Origin: Candidatus Pelagibacterales bacterium
GTDB taxonomy: Bacteria; Pseudomonadota; Alphaproteobacteria; Pelagibacterales; AG-422-B15
DNA length: 64,000 bases
Reading direction: 5' to 3'
Assembly (NCBI GenBank): GCA_045567365.1
Contig: JBJLDC010000002.1
Span: forward strand, 321 to 64,320
In this document: positions 33,832 to 41,466 of the stretch, one piece after another
Numbering within the stretch: position 1 is the stretch's first letter
Layout: every line of letters begins with the position of its first letter
Notes under the pieces: generated by a model
Told to the model about the DNA's origin: nothing
The model's input: the letters and a program-made list of their open reading frames with translations, nothing else
Database searches by the model: none
Translations under genes and position numbers: made by a program

Positions 33832-35073
33832 ATGGAAAAAAATAATCACTCAAACATACTCATTATTGGTGGTGGATGTGCAGGAATTTCTGCAGCCACT
33901 CGATTAAAATCATTAAAACCTGATCTCAGTATATCTGTAATAGAACCTTCAGATAAATCATTGTATCAAGCTGCATGGACATTAGTTGGCGCAGGAGCAT
34001 ACAATGTTGATGATACAATTAAACCTATGGCAAGTGTTATGCCAAAATATGTTAATTGGATAAAAGATTCTGCTGAAAGTTTTTCTCCAGAATCTAATTC
34101 AGTTAAAACTTCAAATGGCGATTATAGTTATGACTATTTAGTAGTCTGCCCTGGACTTAAATTAAATTTTGATGGTGTCTCAGGCCTAAAAGAGTCTTTG
34201 GGAAAAAATAATGTTTGTACAAACTATGGTTCAGATATGGCTGTCTATACTTGGGAGTGTCTACAAAATATACAAGGTGGAAATCTGCTGTTCACCGAGC
34301 CACCGATGCCAATAAAATGTGCTGGAGCGCCACAAAAAATTGCTTACTTGGCCGCAGATCATTTAAGGCAAAAAGGTGCGCTAGAAAATAGTAATTTAGA
34401 ATTCTTATGTGCAAAACCAGTGATATTTGGAGTACCAACATTCCAAGGTCCATTGAATGAAATTTGTGATGACTATGGAATCAAGAGAAGTTTTCAGCAC
34501 AACTTAATATCAATAGATGGTGAAGGGAAAGAAGCAGTTTTTAAACAGACTGATGCAGATGGTAATACAAACGAGGTTACTAAAAAATTTGATTTTATTC
34601 ATGTTACCCCTCCTCAAACTTCTCCTGACTTTATAAAAAATAGTCCTCTTGCTGATGATGGCGGTTGGGTAGATGTTGATCATGAAGAAGGAACATTAAG
34701 ACATAAAAAATATGAAAATATTTATAGTTTAGGAGATGTTATGAATGCGCCCAATGCAAAGACTGGGGCAGCGGTAAGAAAGCAAGCTCCTATTGTCGCT
34801 CATAATATTGTGAAAGATATAAATAAATCATCTGCAGCCTACAGGCTATATGATGGCTACGGTGCATGTCCTCTAACTGTTGCTTATGGAAAAGTTATGT
34901 TAGCAGAATTTTGTTATGGTGGAAAAGTGACTCCAAGTTTTCCTTTTAATCCAACAAAACCAAGCTCCATATACTGGCAATTGAAATCAAAGCTTTTCCC
35001 TTATTTACAATGGAATGTTATGTTTAAGGGTAAGGAATGGAGCAGACCCGCACATAAAGAAATGGCAAAATAG
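33832..35073 (+). CDS. sqr: Sulfide:quinone oxidoreductase, type II (mitochondrial SQOR-like)
   Basis: 413 aa with the FAD motif IIGGGCAG. IKCAGAPQK and YDGYGACPLTV match the two redox-cysteine regions of human SQOR, and the C-terminal FPFNPTKPSSIYWQLK...LQWNVMFKG also resembles SQOR. Confidence 0.85.
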   Translation: MEKNNHSNILIIGGGCAGISAATRLKSLKPDLSISVIEPSDKSLYQAAWTLVGAGAYNVDDTIKPMASVMPKYVNWIKDSAESFSPESNSVKTSNGDYSYDYLVVCPGLKLNFDGVSGLKESLGKNNVCTNYGSDMAVYTWECLQNIQGGNLLFTEPPMPIKCAGAPQKIAYLAADHLRQKGALENSNLEFLCAKPVIFGVPTFQGPLNEICDDYGIKRSFQHNLISIDGEGKEAVFKQTDADGNTNEVTKKFDFIHVTPPQTSPDFIKNSPLADDGGWVDVDHEEGTLRHKKYENIYSLGDVMNAPNAKTGAAVRKQAPIVAHNIVKDINKSSAAYRLYDGYGACPLTVAYGKVMLAEFCYGGKVTPSFPFNPTKPSSIYWQLKSKLFPYLQWNVMFKGKEWSRPAHKEMAK

Positions 35074-35107
35074 TTTTAATTTCGAAAATATTTAGTATTC
35101 TTAAACT

Positions 35108-35804
35108 ATGATTTTTGAACAGCTGTTTGATGATAAATCATCAACATATACCTACGTCATTGCCAGTGGCAAAGGTCGGGAGGCCTTAATAATTGATCCA
35201 GTAATCGAACATTCAGACCAATACATAAAGGTTCTAGAAGATTTAGAATTAAAATTAGTTAAAGTAATCGATACTCATATTCACGCAGATCATATTACAG
35301 GATTAAATGAACTGAGCCAAAGAACTGGATGCACCAAAGTGATGGGAGAAAATTCAAAATCAGAGGTCATAGATTTGAAAGTTAAAGATGAAGAAGTAAT
35401 TAAAATAGAAAATATAGATTTAAAAGTAATTTATACTCCCGGACATACAGATGACTCATACTGCTTTATTATGAATGACCGAATATTTACTGGTGATACA
35501 TTATTAATAAACGGAACAGGTCGAACAGATTTTCAGAATGGTAGTCCTCACGATGCATACCATTCTTTATTTGATCGTGTTCTAAGTCTTCCAGATGAAA
35601 TGATCGTATATCCAGCTCATGATTATAATCAAAAAAAAATCATCCACAATTGGCGGTGAAAAGAAAAATAACCCTAGACTTCAAGTGAATAATGCAAATG
35701 AATATGCCGAGATCATGAATAATTTAAATTTAGCAAATCCTAAAATGATGGACATAGCTGTTCCTGCAAATTTAAAGGGTATGACCTTGAATGAATTGGA
35801 TTAA
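35108..35804 (+). pseudogene. ETHE1-like persulfide dioxygenase (MBL fold), interrupted by a frameshift in an A9 run (35631-35639)
   Basis: ORF 35108..35659 carries THIHADHITG, GHTDDS, TGDTLL and YPAHDY. The family's C-terminal part (STIGGEKKNNPRL...AVPANLKG) continues in the +1 frame (ORF 35619..35804). Removing one A (A9 to A8) gives one 231-aa protein. Confidence 0.8.
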
Positions 35805-35810
35805 AATACT

Positions 35811-36434
35811 CTAATCACCCTGAGTTGGCTTATCATATAATTCAATGACTTTCATATAATAAACAACATAAACCATAGAAACTAATGGATAAATCAGAAG
35901 TGGACCTATTATATAAATATAAATACCAACGCTCGGTATAAATGCAAATACTTCGAACATAACATATATCAAATGAGTTAAGCCAATAACTCCTGCTGTT
36001 TTCCACCAGCCTACAGAATGAATAAGAGATCGTGATCTAGAAAATGCTTCTCTCACATTGATATTTTGATCAACAATTAAATAGAATATTAATGACCATG
36101 CAATAATTAAATATATGCCAGGAATTAAAAATAGTATGAGTCCCATTACAATTGCTAAACAACTAATAATAGAAGCAAACAATAAAGAGCCAAAATTTTG
36201 GAATCCTTTAGCATAAATAGATCCAAGCTTTGGATGCTTGCCTTTGGCGACTTGAATTAAGAAATGATAATACCCTCCAAGAAGAGCTGGTAAGGCTAAG
36301 ATGCCAACAATTGTAATACCTAGAAGAATTGAACTTATAAAATAAAGAAAAGTATTTAATAAGATTAGTAAATAATTTCGAGCACCAAGCCTGAATCCTT
36401 CATAAAAGGTTCCTATAATTGAGATATTTGTCAT
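35811..36434 (-). CDS. Integral membrane protein, DUF975-like pattern
   Basis: 207 aa with about 5-6 TMs. LFLIPGIYLIIAWSLIFYLIVDQNINVREAFSRSRSL resembles the DUF975 core; the assignment is from memory only. Confidence 0.6.
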   Translation of the reverse strand: MTNISIIGTFYEGFRLGARNYLLILLNTFLYFISSILLGITIVGILALPALLGGYYHFLIQVAKGKHPKLGSIYAKGFQNFGSLLFASIISCLAIVMGLILFLIPGIYLIIAWSLIFYLIVDQNINVREAFSRSRSLIHSVGWWKTAGVIGLTHLIYVMFEVFAFIPSVGIYIYIIGPLLIYPLVSMVYVVYYMKVIELYDKPTQGD

Positions 36435-36439
36435 TCAAT

Positions 36440-36856
36440 TTAGATATAGATTTTATTGGATAATCCTAAGATGAGTACTATTGATGATATAAGTGTAAAT
36501 GTATTAATTCCAAGATCAGTGATTGAATTCTTTGCTGTTATATTTTTATCAATCTTCTTAAAATAAAATAAAAGATCATATATAAAAAGAAAAAGTCCAA
36601 GAAGAAATATTAAATTATAATAGATAAATGCACCTTCTGGTCCATTTGGTCGAAAGACCATGTAAATACCAATTAAGAAAAATGAAGCAATAAAAGTCCC
36701 AAAACATCGAATAATATAGATGCTGCTTTCATCCATATTAAATTCCTTAGCCATTCCATGAGGTGCCAAAAGAGCTCTATAAGAAAAAACACCAAATAAG
36801 CCAGTTACGAGTAAATGTAGGACAAGAAGGTAGATATTGTTAAAATTTTCAATCAT
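36440..36856 (-). CDS. Small 4-TM membrane protein (DUF4345-like?)
   Basis: 138 aa with four hydrophobic segments, 5 nt upstream of the DUF975-like gene, so likely co-transcribed. Confidence 0.6.
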   Translation of the reverse strand: MIENFNNIYLLVLHLLVTGLFGVFSYRALLAPHGMAKEFNMDESSIYIIRCFGTFIASFFLIGIYMVFRPNGPEGAFIYYNLIFLLGLFLFIYDLLFYFKKIDKNITAKNSITDLGINTFTLISSIVLILGLSNKIYI

Positions 36857-36932
36857 TCTTAACTATAATTGAGTCATTAAAAAAAGACAAATCACTCATT
36901 GATTTACCACGAAATAAGGCTAATTATTATTT

Positions 36933-37211
36933 ATGAACTTTTTCAAAAACTTGTGGGGCTTGATAATGAACCCGAATATCAACCCCCTGAGCAATATCAC
37001 TAACCTCAAGATTAGGCATATGATTATGCAAATACTTGCATTTATGTGGAGTGGTGTATTCTCTATATATATCGTTGATAGTCTTTATGTCTTTGGAATT
37101 ACCGCAATAGCTCATGCCCTTCTAATTGCCGCAATTGTTATTACGGCATATGTCTTCTATACAGCAAAGAATAAGCCTCAAGTATTTGATGGTAAATCTG
37201 GAAAACAATAG
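36933..37211 (+). CDS. Hypothetical small 2-TM membrane protein
   Basis: 92 aa with two clear hydrophobic helices and a basic C-terminal tail. Preferred over the overlapping antisense 62-aa ORF (36927..37115), which has no recognisable features. Confidence 0.45.
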   Translation: MNFFKNLWGLIMNPNINPLSNITNLKIRHMIMQILAFMWSGVFSIYIVDSLYVFGITAIAHALLIAAIVITAYVFYTAKNKPQVFDGKSGKQ

Positions 37212-37272
37212 AAACTAAAGCCAACTATAATCAAATAGTAAAATAGTCATACTTACATATAATTAAGTAAGT

Positions 37273-37845
37273 ATGAAAAGATTCTTTATTGTTTATGGCC
37301 ATTATGATGATAATTCGTTTAATGCGGCGATAAGAGATACGTTTATTGAAAGTGCTCAAGATTCTGGTCATCACATCGATTTGCTAGATCTATATAAAGA
37401 GAATTTTAATCCAGTGTTTGCAGGCGAGGAACCTGATACTGAAGTTCTTGATCATAGAAAAAGGATTGAGGCATGTGATACTATCGTTCTTATTGCTCCA
37501 ATCTGGAACTTCAGAATGCCTGCGATACTAGAAGGCTGGATTGATAAAGTTCTAGCACCTCCATGGGCATTCACCTTCAAGCAATTAGTAGGAAACTATG
37601 GATTTCCTCTTGGAAATCTAAAAGATAAAAAAGCAATTATATTTTGCACGTATGGATCTCCAAGACTTGCGATCACAACATTCTTCTTAAATTTACCAAT
37701 AAGAAGATTAAAAAGAGGAGTTTTTCATATCTGCGGCATTAGAAATATTATTTACAAAAGATATTTTGCAGTTCCTTTTGTAGAGAAAAAGACAAGAATG
37801 AAGTTTCTTGAAGATGTAAAAAGGACAGCAGCAAAAAAGAATTAA
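37273..37845 (+). CDS. NAD(P)H dehydrogenase (quinone)-type flavoprotein, Flavodoxin_2 (NQO/KefF/MdaB-like) family
   Basis: 190 aa. The N-terminal FIVYGHYDDNSFNAA...LLDLYKENFNPVF and IAPIWNFRMPAILEGWIDKV are typical of the flavodoxin-like fold NQO family. Confidence 0.75.
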   Translation: MKRFFIVYGHYDDNSFNAAIRDTFIESAQDSGHHIDLLDLYKENFNPVFAGEEPDTEVLDHRKRIEACDTIVLIAPIWNFRMPAILEGWIDKVLAPPWAFTFKQLVGNYGFPLGNLKDKKAIIFCTYGSPRLAITTFFLNLPIRRLKRGVFHICGIRNIIYKRYFAVPFVEKKTRMKFLEDVKRTAAKKN

Positions 37846-38033
37846 ACGTCCTCTTCGATTGTATTTTCTATTTTCATTAGGATTGGTCTTCCATCATGAG
37901 CTGAGTTCAATGGTATAATTTTACCTTCATGTCTAGCACATAAAGTTGGTGCATTTTGTTTTTTATCTCCCATTGATACTTCTAAATCTACAATTACTAA
38001 TTCTATATCCTCTAAAACTTTTAAAATTTTCAT
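37842..38033 (-). CDS. Hypothetical small protein (63 aa)
   Basis: ORF only, with no recognised motif. It lies 13 nt downstream of the DUF4149 gene on the same strand, and its stop overlaps the flavoprotein gene's stop tail-to-tail. Confidence 0.4.
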   Translation of the reverse strand: MKILKVLEDIELVIVDLEVSMGDKKQNAPTLCARHEGKIIPLNSAHDGRPILMKIENTIEEDV

Positions 38034-38046
38034 ATATTACACTCCT

Positions 38047-38460
38047 TTATAAATTAATTATAATGATAGCACTAAATGCACTTATCAACTGAACAAGAAA
38101 AATTAATACAGATATTAAGTGCAACTGTTTAAAAACTTTTTCAGATTCCATTACACCTTCATTAAACTGATCACGGTGAAGATTAATTTGTGGAGTAATA
38201 ATATATGTATTAATAAGAAATAAGATTGAAATAAAAACTGAGATTAATATGAGTAACTGATCTCTAATATAAATAGACAACAAAAGAGCCACAAATGATA
38301 ATATAAAGCCATATAGAAACATTCTTGGAAATATAAACCTTAAGAAGTTTCTTGAGTTTATTTCATCGAGAGTTTTGAAAACCGAAGGCGTTACAACACT
38401 CATAAAAAATATCATGAAACCTACTATAAGACTGTATACAAAGGTTAAAGCTAAAATCAT
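38047..38460 (-). CDS. DUF4149 (TMEM205-like) membrane protein
   Basis: 137 aa with four TMs. VVTPSVFKTL...FIFPRMFLYG resembles the DUF4149 pattern. Confidence 0.6.
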   Translation of the reverse strand: MILALTFVYSLIVGFMIFFMSVVTPSVFKTLDEINSRNFLRFIFPRMFLYGFILSFVALLLSIYIRDQLLILISVFISILFLINTYIITPQINLHRDQFNEGVMESEKVFKQLHLISVLIFLVQLISAFSAIIIINL

Positions 38461-38504
38461 TTTATTGAAGTAATATTAAATTTTAAAAATACAATGGGTG
38501 TATT

Positions 38505-39815
38505 TTAGTTATTAAGGCAAGGAAAAAAAGTTTCTACCTGATTTGGCATAAAATATCTGGCTCTTGGCATGTATGGGCCCATTACATCTCGTAACTGATC
38601 TTGTCTTTCTACTTTTTGAATAGAATGTTCAAAATTATCAGATGGCAATAAATGCCTAAATTGAATAATCGTCACATCATCGTCAAACATCCCATCTCCA
38701 TCATCAGCCATTGGCAGCCATGCCATTCCACATTCATTCACTGCATTACGTGGACGATCTTCAACTCTACTGATGGCAATGGTATAAAATCCATTTTTGT
38801 CAGTAGGCACCTCTTCATCGAACAAACAATCATTTACTCGAGTGTTCACAAAACTTTGATTAGAGCAAAGAGACCAATATCGAACATCTGATTGATCAAC
38901 TTTAGTTTTACCATCATATGTTTGAGGTGCAATCGGTGCTTTACCTCTTATGATTAAAACCTTTCCATGCTTTCTGTTTAAAATAGTCCGAATATACTGA
39001 TTGTCTAAATTGGGATAAAAACCTCCCTCACTTCGTGGTGCATTTGGATCAATCTTACCAGTATACATTCCAATTAAACTTTTACGGTCGAGTTGAATAA
39101 ACCATTTAGGTGGATTGTGTGCAGGCCATGTATCTGGTTTATCAGGTTGAGAAGTTAATCGTCGATAATCATTTGGTGGAATTCCAAGTGCATCAAATGA
39201 CACTTGAAGTGGTTGACTAGAATTAAGCGCTTCACACGTTTGTTTGCCTGTTAATTTTGTTCCATCTGCTAATGTTAATACAGGCTGAGGCAGTTTAACT
39301 CCACCCGTAATATCAATATTTTGATCTGGTAAATAAACTCTATAGACAATCGACTGTTGTTTTTTTCTATATTCTGGTGAATACAGGATGTTGCCAGTTT
39401 TATTTCCCAAAGTTTCATCTGTTTTTGTAGAAGGAGTTTCATTAAGCACTTCTATTGAATAAGAACGATAAAAATCAGATCGTTGATTACCAGATATAAA
39501 TGGATTAGTAGCTTCTGATTGGATTTGATAATCAGTTAATGATGCAATTGGTTTACCTCTTTCATTATAGCTAAAGAAAGACATATAACGTGAGTATGGA
39601 TAATCACCTTTAATCTCTAAAGTGGAACCCGCTGGCATAGAGAAAACTGCCGCCCAATAATATACGTTCGAATCTGGGTATGCTATATTAATATATGGAT
39701 CAGAGCTAATTGGTCCACGGGCCCAAAAACAATCACGAGGTCCAGGTATTGCAGAGTCAGCAAATACTTGACCAATTGAAACAAAATAGAAAAATAATAA
39801 AAATAAAATACGCAT
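38505..39815 (-). CDS. Secreted protein of unknown function (436 aa), possible DUF1254/DUF1214-like two-module fold
   Basis: Clear signal peptide (MRILFLLFFYFVSIGQVFA/DS). Composition is less Lys/Ile-rich and visibly more GC-rich than the neighbours. Two segments share the pattern [KR]G..P...RY[MW]S[FL].S (EIKGDYPYSRYMSFFSYN; IIRGKAPIA...VRYWSLCSNQ). Confidence 0.8.
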   Translation of the reverse strand: MRILFLLFFYFVSIGQVFADSAIPGPRDCFWARGPISSDPYINIAYPDSNVYYWAAVFSMPAGSTLEIKGDYPYSRYMSFFSYNERGKPIASLTDYQIQSEATNPFISGNQRSDFYRSYSIEVLNETPSTKTDETLGNKTGNILYSPEYRKKQQSIVYRVYLPDQNIDITGGVKLPQPVLTLADGTKLTGKQTCEALNSSQPLQVSFDALGIPPNDYRRLTSQPDKPDTWPAHNPPKWFIQLDRKSLIGMYTGKIDPNAPRSEGGFYPNLDNQYIRTILNRKHGKVLIIRGKAPIAPQTYDGKTKVDQSDVRYWSLCSNQSFVNTRVNDCLFDEEVPTDKNGFYTIAISRVEDRPRNAVNECGMAWLPMADDGDGMFDDDVTIIQFRHLLPSDNFEHSIQKVERQDQLRDVMGPYMPRARYFMPNQVETFFPCLNN

Positions 39816-39873
39816 ATGAAAAACCTACACTACAAATATTGAAAATTAAATAACATTCAGCATAATATACTTT

Positions 39874-40740
39874 ATGAAAATTGTGAGCTTAGTTCCAAGT
39901 GCCAGTGAAATACTTTGTGATTTAGGTCTTGAGCGGTATTTAGTTGGCATCAGTCATGAATGTAATTTTCCATCGAGCTTACAGAATATTCAAACTGTTA
40001 CTTCTTCAAACATAGATAGCTCTGAAACACAAATTGAAATTGATACTCAAGTTCGAAAGAAGGTAAATGACAATAAACCATTATATGAAATTAATTCAGA
40101 TATACTAAATGAATTAACTCCTGATGTTATCATTACTCAAGGAGTGTGCGATGTCTGTGCAATTTCAAACGATCAAGTTGAAGTTCTCTTAAAAGGACAG
40201 TTATGCACTCTTCCCTCTTCAACGAATGTTCTTTCTTTAAATGGAAGATCTCTTCAAGGTATCTGTGACGATATTATAACATTAGGAGATCATTTTGAAT
40301 GCTTGGAGAACTCTGAGAGCATTGTTAAAAAAGCAATGGATGAAAAAAATAAAATGATGGAATTAAAAAAATATAATACCCGTCTTCTTTGCTTAGAATG
40401 GATTGATCCCTATTTTTCAGCTGGACACTGGGTGCCAGAACAAATTGAAATGGCAGGATTTGTATCAGCAATTGGTAAACCAGGCGATCAATCAAGAGTA
40501 ATAACGACAGATGAAATTATAGAATCTAAACCTGATGCAATAGCAGTTATTTGTTGTGGTTATAATGAAGAAAAAAATAAATTATTTGCTGAAGATATCC
40601 TACAGGACAAAAGAATTAATCACTTGTTACCATTTCAAAATGAAAAGATTTATTATTTTGACTCAGATTCATACTTTAGTAGACCGACCTTAAGAATACT
40701 CGAAGGCGCTAAACAATTACGAAATTCTATCTTAAATTAA
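39874..40740 (+). CDS. BtuF/TroA-like (Peripla_BP_2) substrate-binding protein homologue without signal peptide
   Basis: 288 aa starting MKIVSLVPSASEILCDLGLERYLVGISHECNFP, with LTPDVIITQGVCDVCA. There is no hydrophobic leader and no ABC permease or ATPase gene nearby. Confidence 0.7.
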   Translation: MKIVSLVPSASEILCDLGLERYLVGISHECNFPSSLQNIQTVTSSNIDSSETQIEIDTQVRKKVNDNKPLYEINSDILNELTPDVIITQGVCDVCAISNDQVEVLLKGQLCTLPSSTNVLSLNGRSLQGICDDIITLGDHFECLENSESIVKKAMDEKNKMMELKKYNTRLLCLEWIDPYFSAGHWVPEQIEMAGFVSAIGKPGDQSRVITTDEIIESKPDAIAVICCGYNEEKNKLFAEDILQDKRINHLLPFQNEKIYYFDSDSYFSRPTLRILEGAKQLRNSILN

Positions 40741-40746
40741 TATTAG

Positions 40747-40823
40747 TGGCGGGAGTGACGGGACTCGAACCCGCGACCTCCTGCGTGACAGGCAGGCGCT
40801 CTAACCAGCTGAGCTACACCCCC
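40747..40823 (-). tRNA. tRNA-Asp (anticodon GUC), CCA encoded
   Basis: Hand-folded from GGGGGTGTAGCTCAGCTGGTTAGAGCGCCTGCCTGTCACGCAGGAGGTCGCGGGTTCGAGTCCCGTCACTCCCGCCA. Anticodon stem CCTGC/GCAGG with loop CTGTCAC; T-loop TTCGAGT. Confidence 0.9.
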
Positions 40824-40856
40824 ACTATTTTTATATCTTCCATCTCGTGGGAGAAA

Positions 40857-40932
40857 TGGTGGGCGATGACAGGTTCGAACTGCCGACATTCACGGTGTAA
40901 ACGTGACGCTCTTCCAGCTGAGCTAATCGCCC
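40857..40932 (-). tRNA. tRNA-Val (anticodon UAC), CCA encoded
   Basis: Hand-folded from GGGCGATTAGCTCAGCTGGAAGAGCGTCACGTTTACACCGTGAATGTCGGCAGTTCGAACCTGTCATCGCCCACCA. Anticodon stem TCACG/CGTGA with loop TTTACAC. Confidence 0.9.
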
Positions 40933-40983
40933 TTGAAGATTGGAATATATATATTTTATGATTATTTCCCAGTTTATTTTTAA

Positions 40984-41024
40984 CAAAAAAACTCGACCAC
41001 TAATTAGTGATCGAGCTTTTTTTA
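40984..41024 (-). terminator. Rho-independent terminator downstream of hupB (bidirectional-looking)
   Basis: On the minus strand, GCTCGATCAC-TAATTA-GTGGTCGAG is followed by TTTTTTT. An A-run on the other side mirrors it. Confidence 0.75.
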
Positions 41025-41045
41025 AAAAGTTTTACTGGCAGAAAA

Positions 41046-41327
41046 TTAGCCTGCGTTATTGACAGCCTCTTTTAAACCCTTACCAGCAGTAAACTTTGGT
41101 CGAGTTGACTGAGGTATTTGAATAACTTCGTTAGTACGAGGGTTTCTACCTTGAGATGCTTTACGAATAGAGGTTTTAAATGTTCCAAATCCTACTAATC
41201 TTACTTCTCCTCTTTGCTTAAGAACATCTGTGATTTGATCAAATACAGCGTTCACAGCTTTTTCTGAGTCAGATTTTTGCATTCCAGTTATTTCGGCAAC
41301 TTTACCAATTAGATCTTGTTTATTCAT
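41046..41327 (-). CDS. hupB: DNA-binding protein HU
   Basis: 93 aa (MNKQDLIGKVAE...GFGTFKTSIRKASQGRNPRTNEVIQIP). Strong AAGGGGGG Shine-Dalgarno. Conserved lon-hup-tRNA-Val-tRNA-Asp order. Confidence 0.95.
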   Translation of the reverse strand: MNKQDLIGKVAEITGMQKSDSEKAVNAVFDQITDVLKQRGEVRLVGFGTFKTSIRKASQGRNPRTNEVIQIPQSTRPKFTAGKGLKEAVNNAG

Positions 41328-41466
41328 ATAATCCCCCCTTTTTAGGAGTTTGATTCGTTAATACATATATAGGAACTGATCTACTACATATAGTCAAGGC
41401 GAAAACCCTAGGAAAACTAATAAAAATGATATGTAATGTGTTTAAAAGGTGAAAATATATTTAGAT

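Noticed and set aside
39816-39873. Possible cobalamin riboswitch ahead of the BtuF-like gene
   Set aside because: The spacer is only 58 nt and AT-rich, far too short for a cobalamin riboswitch aptamer.
40746-40961. 71-aa plus-strand ORF (MAGVTGLEPATSCVTGRRSNQLSYTP...)
   Set aside because: It is the antisense reading of the tRNA-Asp and tRNA-Val genes. The GC-rich tRNA sequence simply lacks stop codons.
41328-41466. Repeated GAAAAC ... CCTAGG ... GAAAAC between lon and hupB, considered as a terminator or operator
   Set aside because: The GAAAAC elements are direct repeats, not inverted, so no stable hairpin forms. Only the 6-bp CCTAGG palindrome remains, which is too short to interpret.
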